This document shows, one piece after another, positions 40,924 to 50,090 of a stretch of 64,000 nucleotides of DNA. The notes beneath the pieces were generated by a model. It was not told the origin of the DNA. It saw only the letters and a program-made list of their open reading frames with translations, and searched no databases. The DNA is from Bacteroidales bacterium (lineage in GTDB: Bacteria > Bacteroidota > Bacteroidia > Bacteroidales > BM520): contig JBMNMG010000003.1 in NCBI GenBank assembly GCA_050953245.1, positions 111,908-175,907 on the forward strand. The letters are read 5' to 3'. Positions within the stretch are counted from its first letter, which is position 1. The number at the start of each line of letters is the position of its first letter. The translations under genes and the position numbers were made by a program.

Positions 40924-41535
40924 TTAACCGTTAAATGGAATTCTATTAATAATAGATCTTCCTAAGGTAATTTGATCTGTATATTCTAAATCATCGCCAA
41001 ATGCAACCCCTCTTGCAATTGTTGTGATTTTTACATTTAATTCTGATAGTTTTTTGTATAAATATAATGATGTTGTATCACCTTCTATAGTTGTGGGTAG
41101 AGCAAGTATAACTTCTTCTATATTATTTTTTTCTATTCTGTTTAATAAGGAGTTAATGTTTAAATCACTTATTCCTACACCATTAATAGGTGAAATGACT
41201 CCACCTAAGATATGATATAAACCATTATGTTGGTTAGTATTTTCCAATGCAATAAAGTCCCTTATGTTTTCAATTACTAAAACAACAGAATGATCTCTTT
41301 TATCGTTATTGCATATATTACAGATATCTGTATCGGAAATATTATGACAGATTTTGCAATACTTAATGTTTTCCCTTAAATTATTTAGTGCATCGGTTAA
41401 CTTATAAGTGTAAGATTTATCTTGTTGCAAAATATACAATGCTAATCTTAAAGCTGATCTTTCTCCAATAGAAGGAAGTTTAGATAGCTCTTCGACAGCC
41501 TGTTTTAGGAGTTTCGATGATATATAATTTTTCAT
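40924..41535 (-). CDS. recR: Recombination mediator RecR
   Basis: LPSIGERSALR, C4 zinc finger CKICHNISDTDICNIC, YHILGG, TOPRIM region. Confidence 0.97.
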   Translation of the reverse strand: MKNYISSKLLKQAVEELSKLPSIGERSALRLALYILQQDKSYTYKLTDALNNLRENIKYCKICHNISDTDICNICNNDKRDHSVVLVIENIRDFIALENTNQHNGLYHILGGVISPINGVGISDLNINSLLNRIEKNNIEEVILALPTTIEGDTTSLYLYKKLSELNVKITTIARGVAFGDDLEYTDQITLGRSIINRIPFNG

Positions 41536-41607
41536 AATAGTAAATTCAAATAATATTAAAAAAATTAGTTATAGTAAAATTAGTATACTAAAGCTAATTA
41601 GTAGTTG

Positions 41608-41615
41608 CAAAGTTA
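41608..41615 (-). promoter_or_regulatory. -7 promoter element for recR
   Basis: TAACTTTG on the minus strand ~72 nt upstream of the ATG. Confidence 0.5.
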
Positions 41616-41679
41616 AATAAAAATAATCATTTATATTGATAATTTTCAAGTGTTGATAAATTTTTGTATGCCCTGTGAT

Positions 41680-41807
41680 ATTGCATCCTTAACTCTTATA
41701 GGGATGCAATCCCAGCTTTTTTTTGCTTGAAATTACAGTTTAACTGCTTGAAATTAAGCTATTTGTAAGTTGGATACCATCCCGTTTTCATCCCATTTTT
41801 GCATCCC
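41680..41807. repeat. Cluster of CATCCC/GGGATG motifs with a 9-bp-stem hairpin
   Basis: ATTGCATCC...GGATGCAAT (41680-41710), overlapping GGGAT-GCA-ATCCC, and direct CATCCC at 41778, 41789 and 41802. Confidence 0.6.
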
Positions 41808-41920
41808 CCTTTTGTGTTATTTTTTTATATTTGTCATATTTTTAATTTTATAAAATAAAAGAAATCTTTTAACGTTTTATTGTTTAATTTAATATTGTGT
41901 ATGTATTTCAACATGATAAT

Positions 41921-41928
41921 TATCTTTG
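41921..41928 (+). promoter_or_regulatory. -7 promoter element for the MORN-repeat gene (and probably dus)
   Basis: TATCTTTG 31 nt before the ATG. Confidence 0.55.
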
Positions 41929-41959
41929 CAAATAAAATTAAAACGTTATAAATTACATT

Positions 41960-42592
41960 ATGAAAACAAAATCATTCTTTACTTGTATAAGTATTTATTT
42001 ACTATTTATCCTTTTTTGTAGTAATCATTTGCAATCACAAGATGTAGTTAGCTATGTCGATAATGATTTAATAACGGATACTTTATTTTTTGAAAACGGC
42101 ATGATTAAAAATATTAGAATTTACAATAATGATATGTCCTTAATGTATGTTAAGTTGTTTGACAAAAATAGAAGGACAATATTAGCAGAAGGAAAATACT
42201 TAAACCAACAAAAAGATAGTGTTTGGAATATTTATAGTGTAGGCGATTTTATATTAAATAGAATTGAATATAAAAACGATAAAAAAAATGGTTTGGAATA
42301 TACTTTTTATCCAAATGGAGAAGTTGCTGAGATTAAGGAGTGGAAAGATGATGTTCAACATGGCGTTTGGAAGCAATATTTTATGGGTGGTGTTTTAAAA
42401 ACTGATGCAACTTATTTTAACGGGTCGTTGGAGGGTAAAATTACTTATTATCATCATAATTCAAAACCACTCTTAGGAGGTGTTTACCAAAATGGACTTA
42501 GAGAGGGAAAATGGATCTATTTTGATGAAGAAGGGAATATTGTAAAAGAAGAAAATTATAAAGATGGTTTTTTAATCGAAGACATCCAATAA
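41960..42592 (+). CDS. Exported MORN-variant repeat protein (YwqK-like)
   Basis: Signal peptide followed by repeated G.W..Y..NG.....G.Y.NG units. Confidence 0.8.
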   Translation: MKTKSFFTCISIYLLFILFCSNHLQSQDVVSYVDNDLITDTLFFENGMIKNIRIYNNDMSLMYVKLFDKNRRTILAEGKYLNQQKDSVWNIYSVGDFILNRIEYKNDKKNGLEYTFYPNGEVAEIKEWKDDVQHGVWKQYFMGGVLKTDATYFNGSLEGKITYYHHNSKPLLGGVYQNGLREGKWIYFDEEGNIVKEENYKDGFLIEDIQ

Positions 42593-42779
42593 TTATACTT
42601 AATAATAATTATTAAACACTAACCACAAACCACAAATTACAAAAAACATAACAAAATAACACAATATCACAATATCACAATATCACAATAACATATTAAC
42701 ACAAAAACATATTAACACAAAAACATATTAACACAATAACATATTAACATATTAACACAATAACATAACAACAAAACAT
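42582..42779 (+). repeat. G-free tract with nested tandem repeats
   Basis: No G on the + strand for 198 nt. (CACAATAT)x3 at 42660-42683, then 16-mer CACAA(T/A)AACATATTAA x4 at 42684-42747, plus partial copies. Confidence 0.9.
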
Positions 42780-43737
42780 GGAAGATAACATTACTAAAAT
42801 TTATTTAGCACCAATGCGTGGGTTAACTGTTAAAGCATTTAGAAGTTCACTATTTAAGTATTATTTTGGAATAGATGCATGTGTTCTCCCATTTGTTTCG
42901 GTTACTGAAAGTAGTAAAGACAATTTTGAGAATTTCTCAAAGATATTCACTCAAGATGAGTTAACTCATAATGCTAAATATACTGTTATTCCGCAAATTA
43001 TCGGTAAAGATCCTGAGGGTATTGTTAGAATAACAAAAATGTTTGTTGAGAATGGATTTGTCAAAGTGAATTTAAATTTAGGTTGTCCTATGCCTCAAGT
43101 AATAAAAAGAGATAGGGGAAGTGGGTTAATTCCTCATATTGATGTTATTGATAAGATTTTAGATGGTGTTTGTGATATAGACGGAGTGGAGTTTTCAGTT
43201 AAAATTAGATTAGGTAAAACTAATTATGATGAAGTTTATCCATTAATCGATGTGTTAAATAGATATCCGTTAGATTTTGTTGCTTTACATCCCAGACTTG
43301 CAACTGATAGATATGAAGGTAAAATAAACTTAGAAGTTGCTGATAAGGTAATTGAAAAATGTAATCATCAAATTATTTACAATGGAGATATTGTAGATAT
43401 TGAATCCTTTAAGAAAATAAATAATAGATATCCTAATGTAAAATCTTATATGATAGGAAGGGGACTTCTTTCTAATCCGGGTTTAGCTGAGGATATAAAA
43501 GGGGTAGGTACGTGTAGTTGTAATATTAACAGTTTAGTGTTTTCAGATTTGCCTGGATGGTTTTTTAGGTTTAATTCATTTTATAATGATTTAATAAAAA
43601 AAGTAGATTCTGTTGATATGATGAAGGCTTATTGGAAGTTTTTTATTAATTTATTTGACAATGATAATGAGTTGTACAATAAAATGATACATGCAAATTC
43701 ATTAAATGAAATGACCTTGGATTATTTAATAAAATAA
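42778..43737 (+). CDS. tRNA-dihydrouridine synthase family protein
   Basis: LAPMRG, PQIIG, NLNLGCP, RGSGL, SVKIRLG, HPR, YNGDI, MIGRG. Confidence 0.9.
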   Translation: MEDNITKIYLAPMRGLTVKAFRSSLFKYYFGIDACVLPFVSVTESSKDNFENFSKIFTQDELTHNAKYTVIPQIIGKDPEGIVRITKMFVENGFVKVNLNLGCPMPQVIKRDRGSGLIPHIDVIDKILDGVCDIDGVEFSVKIRLGKTNYDEVYPLIDVLNRYPLDFVALHPRLATDRYEGKINLEVADKVIEKCNHQIIYNGDIVDIESFKKINNRYPNVKSYMIGRGLLSNPGLAEDIKGVGTCSCNINSLVFSDLPGWFFRFNSFYNDLIKKVDSVDMMKAYWKFFINLFDNDNELYNKMIHANSLNEMTLDYLIK

Positions 43738-43745
43738 TATAAAAT

Positions 43746-43821
43746 AAAATCGAATCAAATCAAATCAAATTAAATCAAATCAAATCAAATCAAATCAAAT
43801 AGTATCTTATCTTATCTTATC
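43746..43821. repeat. Pentanucleotide microsatellites
   Basis: Eleven CAAAT-like units at 43746-43800 (8 exact), then (TATCT)x~3.8 at 43803-43821. Confidence 0.9.
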
Positions 43822-43953
43822 ATAATATTAATAATATTATTTTATGTGTGCATAAAATATGCACTTATAACTTTATTTACCAAGAGTATAATTCTTTTAA
43901 TAATTATAAGTTAGTGAGATTAAAAACACTGAATGTATTCGAATAATAGATGG

Positions 43954-44886
43954 CTAGGAGCCTGGTATTAAGCGTTTAAATATTAGATATTTATGTTCAA
44001 TTGCATTAAAACTTTTATAAAAGCGAGCAACTCCTTTGTTTTCGGAGCCTTCAAAATCTAAAAATTCAAAGTTTCCGTTATTTCCCTTAAGAAAATAGTC
44101 TACGATAGAATGCATTGCACCTGTTTGCATTCCAATTTCAGTGTTTCCTGAATACAAGAATGTATAGTAATTATTACATTTAACAAAAAACGCCCCTGCA
44201 GTTAATACATCATTATGATATGCAGCAATAGATTCAAGCAAATTCCTATTTTGACATTCAAATATTATTTTTTTAAGAAGTTTTGTTTGATTATCAGAAA
44301 ATTGATGTTCTTCAATAGTATTTTTGTTAAGTTCAATAATTTTTTCAATGTCGGTTTTAGATGTTGCTATTTTTATTTTATTTGAGTCGTTTTTATGAAA
44401 TTTTTTAATATTTCGTTTAGTGTTTTTAGAATAAGCATCATATAATTCCTTGTAAGTTTTTTTGGTATCTAAGATTAAATTAGACTTTAATTTTTTATGT
44501 TTTATAGTTTTATTTAGTTTAGAACTTTGTGAGCTTATATGCAAAGTATCAATTTCGTTAAGATTAATAAAATAAAATGGATATTTTCGTTTTATGTACT
44601 TTAAACATGTGTGCAAGAAAATAGCATTATGATTTTCGCCAATACTTCCTAATTGTTGAATCAGAAAAGGTTGTATTAAATAATTTACTCCCAATTTGTT
44701 TTTTAACGGTAAAATAAAAGCATTGGAATAATTATCATCAGTTGTTAATATTTCCCATTTAGGACAAACTATATCTAAATACCAAGAGTACAAACACGTT
44801 CTTTTGAAGTAAGATTTTTCTAAATTTCTATCCCACTTTTCTTTGTCTATTAAATCATTTTTTAAGTGAATTAATTTTTTTGACAT
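43954..44886 (-). CDS. GNAT/FemAB-like fold protein
   Basis: PFLIQQLG, YSKNTKRNIKK and C-terminal LDFEGS...VARFYKSF pattern; co-oriented with the deacetylase-like gene. Confidence 0.7.
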   Translation of the reverse strand: MSKKLIHLKNDLIDKEKWDRNLEKSYFKRTCLYSWYLDIVCPKWEILTTDDNYSNAFILPLKNKLGVNYLIQPFLIQQLGSIGENHNAIFLHTCLKYIKRKYPFYFINLNEIDTLHISSQSSKLNKTIKHKKLKSNLILDTKKTYKELYDAYSKNTKRNIKKFHKNDSNKIKIATSKTDIEKIIELNKNTIEEHQFSDNQTKLLKKIIFECQNRNLLESIAAYHNDVLTAGAFFVKCNNYYTFLYSGNTEIGMQTGAMHSIVDYFLKGNNGNFEFLDFEGSENKGVARFYKSFNAIEHKYLIFKRLIPGS

Positions 44887-44934
44887 TTTAACTTATTATT
44901 TATTTTATAATAATTAATAGTTATAAAAACTTTA

Positions 44935-46239
44935 TTATAATCCTATTTTAATAATATCTTCCAATAAATTGGATTTCCCTTTCCAAATACCTTCATCAGA
45001 TAGCGAACTATTATGAAGTAATGGAATAAATAAACCGTTATGTTTTCTGATAACTTCAACAATTCTTTTAATTTCTTCGATTGCTTCAGGATAGCTTAGA
45101 TGCATATATTGAAACAAAGTTCCATCCATAACAGAAATAGGGTATAGTACTAAGTTAGTTTGGGCATTTGCCTCTAAATCAAAAAACTTAAAAGGTATAC
45201 AAACACCGGCTCTAAAACCTGTAATAGAAGCATATCCCATAGAAAAATCATTTCTTATATCGTTATCATATAAGTTTTGATAAGTTAAAGGTAAATTAAA
45301 ACGTAAAAAGTGTTGTCTGCTAAAAATCACGTTGGAGTGAATTATTTCTTGTAATAACAATTTTTCACTTTCCATTAAATTAATATTTTCAACTGAATTG
45401 TAGGAGAAATGTATCCCAATTTCGGCATAATCATAAATTTTCCGAATTAACTGTTGAAAAAAATTGTTATTAGGATCGTTACTTTTATCAAACTTTCCTT
45501 CATTAGCTAATAAAAAGAAAAAAATCATATTAATATTATATTCTTTTTTTAACTCTAAAATATTATCGAAAGTATCGTAAGGATCTTTTTTTAACTTAAA
45601 AATACACAAGATTTTTTCGTGAGCTTGTTTAAAATCCTGCTTAAAAAGAGATTTAAAAATCCCTCCAGTTGTACGTAAAAAACCTTTATAAATATGTTTA
45701 TATGCTAAGTCTACATCTATTGTAGGTAAAAATTGATATTTTCTTTCTTCAAATTCTATATCCGGATACATTTTTAGTAATTTATCTTTTAATAAATTTG
45801 CCCAAATATGTACTATAGGAACATCTAATACTCCTAATTTATATGCTATAGAATTAGAATAATCATATCTGCCGTGGATATCTTTTGTATGAATTAAATA
45901 CTCTTCGTATCTGGAAATCATATAAAAGACTGCAGAAAAAACATCAAAGTTTAAAAATGAATCTTCTCTATTATAAGAAAAAATTACGGGAATATCATTT
46001 ATTTTATCTTCTTCAAAATGAACTTCATCAATATCATTGCTTATCATTATATCATGTCGATAAATAAATGGCATTTCAGAAAAAGAAGTTTGAGAGTAAA
46101 TTATTTTATACCCTTCAGATTGTAGAAAATCTTCTTTATTATCCATTAATTGGTGGGGGATAAGTAATATCTCTGTAAAAATAAAATCAAAAGTATATTT
46201 TATCCTATTTGTAATTTGATCTGTATAGAAAATTAGCAT
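44935..46239 (-). CDS. Polysaccharide deacetylase-like protein
   Basis: FYMISRYEEY, PTIDVD, EIGIHFSY, RQHFLR, SMGYA..GFRAGVC.PF, LLHN. Confidence 0.75.
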   Translation of the reverse strand: MLIFYTDQITNRIKYTFDFIFTEILLIPHQLMDNKEDFLQSEGYKIIYSQTSFSEMPFIYRHDIMISNDIDEVHFEEDKINDIPVIFSYNREDSFLNFDVFSAVFYMISRYEEYLIHTKDIHGRYDYSNSIAYKLGVLDVPIVHIWANLLKDKLLKMYPDIEFEERKYQFLPTIDVDLAYKHIYKGFLRTTGGIFKSLFKQDFKQAHEKILCIFKLKKDPYDTFDNILELKKEYNINMIFFFLLANEGKFDKSNDPNNNFFQQLIRKIYDYAEIGIHFSYNSVENINLMESEKLLLQEIIHSNVIFSRQHFLRFNLPLTYQNLYDNDIRNDFSMGYASITGFRAGVCIPFKFFDLEANAQTNLVLYPISVMDGTLFQYMHLSYPEAIEEIKRIVEVIRKHNGLFIPLLHNSSLSDEGIWKGKSNLLEDIIKIGL

Positions 46240-46267
46240 ACTTGGTGTTTATATGATATTTTTTATG

Positions 46268-46307
46268 CAAATGTAATATTTTTGTTTGTAAAAAATAACT
46301 ATCTTTG
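46268..46307. promoter_or_regulatory. Divergent -7 elements for the deacetylase unit (-) and dnaX (+)
   Basis: TACATTTG on the minus strand at 46268-46275; TATCTTTG on the plus strand at 46300-46307. Confidence 0.55.
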
Positions 46308-46325
46308 AAGTCAAATTAATTTAAA

Positions 46326-48167
46326 ATGGAAAATTATATTGTTTCTGCTAGAAAATATAGACCGGATACTTTTGATTCAGTTGTTGGACAGGAGGCTATT
46401 ACTACAACATTAAAAAACGCTATTAAAACAGGGCAATTAGCTCAAGCTTTTTTATTTTGTGGTCCGCGGGGTGTTGGAAAAACTACTTGTGCCAGAATCT
46501 TATCTAAAACAATTAATTGCTTAGATCTTACAGAAAACATGGAAGCATGTAATAAATGTGCGTCTTGTGAGTCGTTTAACAAAAATGCATCGTTTAATAT
46601 TTTTGAATTAGATGCCGCATCTAATAATTCTGTTCAAGATATCCGAAATTTAGTAGAGCAAGTAAGAATTCCTCCTCAAGTAGGTAAATATAAAATCTAT
46701 ATTATAGATGAAGTTCATATGTTGTCACAAGCTGCTTTTAATGCTTTTTTAAAAACATTAGAAGAACCGCCTGCATATGCAAAATTTATCTTAGCAACTA
46801 CTGAAAAAAATAAAATTATTCCAACCATATTATCTCGATGTCAAATTTTTGAATTCAAAAGAATAACAGTAAATGATATTATTAAACATTTAATGTTTGT
46901 AAGTGAGAAAGAGGGAATAACTGCAGAAGAAGAAGCTTTAAGAGTAATTGCTTTAAAATCTGACGGTGGAATGAGAGATGCATTAAGTTTGTTCGATCAA
47001 ATGGTTGCATTTTGTGGTTCACATTTAACTTATAAAGATGTAATTAAAAGTTTAAATGTCTTAGATTTAGATTATTTTTTCAAGATTACTGATTACTTAA
47101 TTAATGTAGATATTAAAAATGTTTTATTAACAATAAACGAAATTTTCGAAAATGGATTTGATGGTCAATCCTTTATTATAGGATTTAATGAACATCTTAG
47201 AAATTTATTAATTAGTAAAGACCCACAGACTTTAAAATTATTACAAGAAAGTAAGTCTAACATAGGTAGGTATGTGGAGCAATCAGAAAAATGTAGTACG
47301 GATTTTCTTATGTATGCACTTAATATGATGAATAAGTGTGATATAGATTACCGACAAAGTAATAATAAACATTTGTTGATAGAAGTTTGTTTAATTAATA
47401 TCTGCTATTTTTTATCAGAGAACGAAAAAAAAAACAATATTCTTAAATTAGATTATGAAATAGACGTTCCAAAAAACTCAAGTTTTAGGAATAATACATC
47501 TTCGCAACAATCGGATAATACTTTATTATCAGAAAAAAAACAATCAAATTCGACAACTTTATCAAATAATAATCTTTCTTCTGAATTATCAGATCAGAAC
47601 AAGCAAAAACAAGAAACTTCAGATAAAATAGGTGAAATTAAAAAAGAAAAATTCACTCCAAATTCACCAAGCGAAGTATCAAAAACACAAACTTTACCCA
47701 AAACAGTAAATAGTTTTAATAAAAAAACAAAATCGTTTAAAGTTTCTAACATTACTGTAAAAGATGATCCCAATGAAAAGAGGGAAATTTTAAAATCAAA
47801 ATATTCCGTTGAAGATGTTAAAAAAGAAATATCAAATTTTGCGGATTCTATAGATGAAGACAAAATCTTGATTAAAAGTATATTAAAAGACAGTATAGAT
47901 ATTGTTTTAAATGAAGACAACATAATCGAAATTTGTTGTTTAAATGTACTAAACCAACAAGAAATTTTATCTTTTGTATTAGAATTAACAGCTTTTTTAA
48001 AGAAAAATTTAAAAAATGATTTAATTTCTATTAAAACATCTGTAAAAGATGATGTTGTTGTTGAGCAAAAACCCTATACTAACAGAGATAAGTTTAAGGA
48101 AATGGTTGAAAAAAATAAAGATGTTTTATATTTACAAGAAAAACTTAAAATGAAAGTATCGTATTAA
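46326..48167 (+). CDS. dnaX: DNA polymerase III subunit gamma/tau
   Basis: ARKYRP, GPRGVGKT, ELDAASNN, IIDEVHML, SRCQ, GGMRDALS; A10 run at 47425-47434. Confidence 0.97.
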   Translation: MENYIVSARKYRPDTFDSVVGQEAITTTLKNAIKTGQLAQAFLFCGPRGVGKTTCARILSKTINCLDLTENMEACNKCASCESFNKNASFNIFELDAASNNSVQDIRNLVEQVRIPPQVGKYKIYIIDEVHMLSQAAFNAFLKTLEEPPAYAKFILATTEKNKIIPTILSRCQIFEFKRITVNDIIKHLMFVSEKEGITAEEEALRVIALKSDGGMRDALSLFDQMVAFCGSHLTYKDVIKSLNVLDLDYFFKITDYLINVDIKNVLLTINEIFENGFDGQSFIIGFNEHLRNLLISKDPQTLKLLQESKSNIGRYVEQSEKCSTDFLMYALNMMNKCDIDYRQSNNKHLLIEVCLINICYFLSENEKKNNILKLDYEIDVPKNSSFRNNTSSQQSDNTLLSEKKQSNSTTLSNNNLSSELSDQNKQKQETSDKIGEIKKEKFTPNSPSEVSKTQTLPKTVNSFNKKTKSFKVSNITVKDDPNEKREILKSKYSVEDVKKEISNFADSIDEDKILIKSILKDSIDIVLNEDNIIEICCLNVLNQQEILSFVLELTAFLKKNLKNDLISIKTSVKDDVVVEQKPYTNRDKFKEMVEKNKDVLYLQEKLKMKVSY

Positions 48168-48257
48168 TATTTTTCAATTAATCTAAGTTAAATGTTTTCT
48201 TAACCATATAATTACTTAAATTGTTTTATCTTTGTTGTTTATTTAAATAAAAAGATT

Positions 48258-49328
48258 ATGCTAAGAGTGAAAGAAGGAATTCCTCAACCAGAATCTGTTA
48301 ATCCTAATGCTTTAAAGAATATAAAGAAGATAAAACGTAAAGATTATACTGTTGATGAGTACGTAGAGGGAATTATTTCAGGCAATAGAGTGGTGTTAAG
48401 CAAAGCTATTACCTTAGTGGAAAGTTTATTGCCTAAGCATAATAAGATTGCACAAGACATAATAGAAAAGTGTATGCCTTATTCCGGTAATAGTTTTAGA
48501 ATAGGCGTCACCGGAGTGCCAGGTGCCGGTAAAAGTACTTTTATAGAAAGTTTTGGTTATTACTTAACGAGTCTGGGACATAAAGTTGCTGTTTTAGCTA
48601 TAGATCCTAGTAGTACAAGAACTAAAGGAAGTATTTTAGGAGATAAAACTAGAATGGAACGATTATCGGTTCAAAAAGATGCGTTTATTCGTCCTTCTCC
48701 ATCTGCAGGAACTTTAGGAGGGGTTGCCAAAAAAACTCACGAAATTATTTTTTTATGTGAAGCTGCAGGTTTCGATATTGTTTTAGTAGAAACTGTAGGT
48801 GTAGGTCAATCAGAAATAGCCGCACACTCTATGGTTGATTTCTTTTTGTTAGTTTTAATTGCTGGTGCGGGAGATGAGCTCCAAGGAATTAAACGTGGAA
48901 TTATGGAAATGGCTGATTCTATTATTATTAATAAGGCAGATGGAGATAATGTAAATAAAGCAAAATTAGCAGCGCAATCTTATACTAATGCATTACATTT
49001 ATTTCCTCCAACTGATTCAACTTGGGTGCCAAAAGTATTGACTTGCTCTGCAATGTACGATAATGGAATTAAGGAAATATGGAACATGTTACAAGAATAT
49101 GAAGCCTTAACTAAGAAAAATGGTTATTTTGAGCAAAAAAGAGCATTACAAGCTTTAACAGTTATGTTTAGCACTATTGAAGGCAATTTAAAGAATAGTT
49201 TTTATAATAACGAACATGTTAATAATGCTTTAGCTGATATTAAAAAAAGTGTATTATCCGGTAAAATGACCTCTTATGCTGCTGCAGCTAAATTAATTAG
49301 TATTGCAGATAAGACAAATAATAAATAA
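48258..49328 (+). CDS. meaB: Methylmalonyl-CoA mutase-associated GTPase MeaB (ArgK/MMAA family)
   Basis: GVTGVPGAGKST, AIDPSS, LGDKTRM, ETVGVGQSE, NKAD. Confidence 0.93.
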   Translation: MLRVKEGIPQPESVNPNALKNIKKIKRKDYTVDEYVEGIISGNRVVLSKAITLVESLLPKHNKIAQDIIEKCMPYSGNSFRIGVTGVPGAGKSTFIESFGYYLTSLGHKVAVLAIDPSSTRTKGSILGDKTRMERLSVQKDAFIRPSPSAGTLGGVAKKTHEIIFLCEAAGFDIVLVETVGVGQSEIAAHSMVDFFLLVLIAGAGDELQGIKRGIMEMADSIIINKADGDNVNKAKLAAQSYTNALHLFPPTDSTWVPKVLTCSAMYDNGIKEIWNMLQEYEALTKKNGYFEQKRALQALTVMFSTIEGNLKNSFYNNEHVNNALADIKKSVLSGKMTSYAAAAKLISIADKTNNK

Positions 49329-49364
49329 CATAAACTTTGTAATTTTTTTTATTTTCAAAATAAC

Positions 49365-49404
49365 TGCCAATATGGCTTGAGTTAAGGGATGGCAAATTAT
49401 TTGT
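49365..49404 (+). promoter_or_regulatory. Candidate sigma54 -24/-12 promoter with an upstream TGCCA-N3-TGGC box before grpE
   Basis: TGGCAA-ATTAT-TTGT (49390-49404) has exact TGGCAC-N5-TTGC spacing; TGCCAATATGGCT at 49365-49377. Confidence 0.45.
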
Positions 49405-49436
49405 AAGAAGAAGATTATTCATTAACAGTTAATTTT

Positions 49437-50057
49437 ATGAAAAACGAAGATTTAAAAGATAAAAATATTGATAAGCCTATTGTGGAAGCAGAAAGCAACA
49501 CAAAAGAATCAGACAAAAAAACAAAGCAAAAAGAGAATAAAGAAAAAGAAAAGGAAAGTAGTAAAAGTAAAAAAAGCTCGACAAAGTCTAAAGCTGAGAA
49601 AATGGCAGATGAAAACCATGAGCTTCGCTTAAAATTGGCAGAAATTCAAGATAAGCATTTACGCTTATTCTCTGAGTTTGATAATTATAGGAAAAGAACT
49701 GCAAAAGAAAGAATTGAACTGATAAGTAGTGCAAATGAGAAATTAATTGAAAAACTTTTACCTATCTTAGATGATATAGATAGATCAATTATTGCTTTTG
49801 AGACTACTGATGATTTAGAGGCAGTAAAAATAGGTAGTATTTTAATTTTTGATAAGTTAAATAAAGTGTTACAATCTTGCGGCTTATCAGAAATAATTTC
49901 TACAGGTGAAGAGTTTGATGCCGAAGTGTTTGAAGCAGTTGCAAACTTTCCGATAGAAGATAAAGATATGAAAAATAAAGTGATTGATACTACTGTTAAA
50001 GGATATAAATTAAACGAAAAAATTATCAGACATCCTAAAGTTGTTGTTGGATGTTAA
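49437..50057 (+). CDS. grpE: Nucleotide exchange factor GrpE
   Basis: EFDNYRKR, LLPILDD, FDAEVFEAV, KGYKLNEKIIRHPKVVV. Confidence 0.95.
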   Translation: MKNEDLKDKNIDKPIVEAESNTKESDKKTKQKENKEKEKESSKSKKSSTKSKAEKMADENHELRLKLAEIQDKHLRLFSEFDNYRKRTAKERIELISSANEKLIEKLLPILDDIDRSIIAFETTDDLEAVKIGSILIFDKLNKVLQSCGLSEIISTGEEFDAEVFEAVANFPIEDKDMKNKVIDTTVKGYKLNEKIIRHPKVVVGC

Positions 50058-50090
50058 TAGTAATTAAGATTTGTAAAAGGAGTTTGGTAA

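Noticed and set aside
40780-40965. 61-aa ORF converging on recR
   Set aside because: It is made of short direct repeats, overlaps the recR 3' end, and has no protein-like signature.
42660-42770. Possible CRISPR array
   Set aside because: The repeats are directly tandem with no unique spacers, and there are no cas genes. No repeat-spacer array was seen anywhere in the window.
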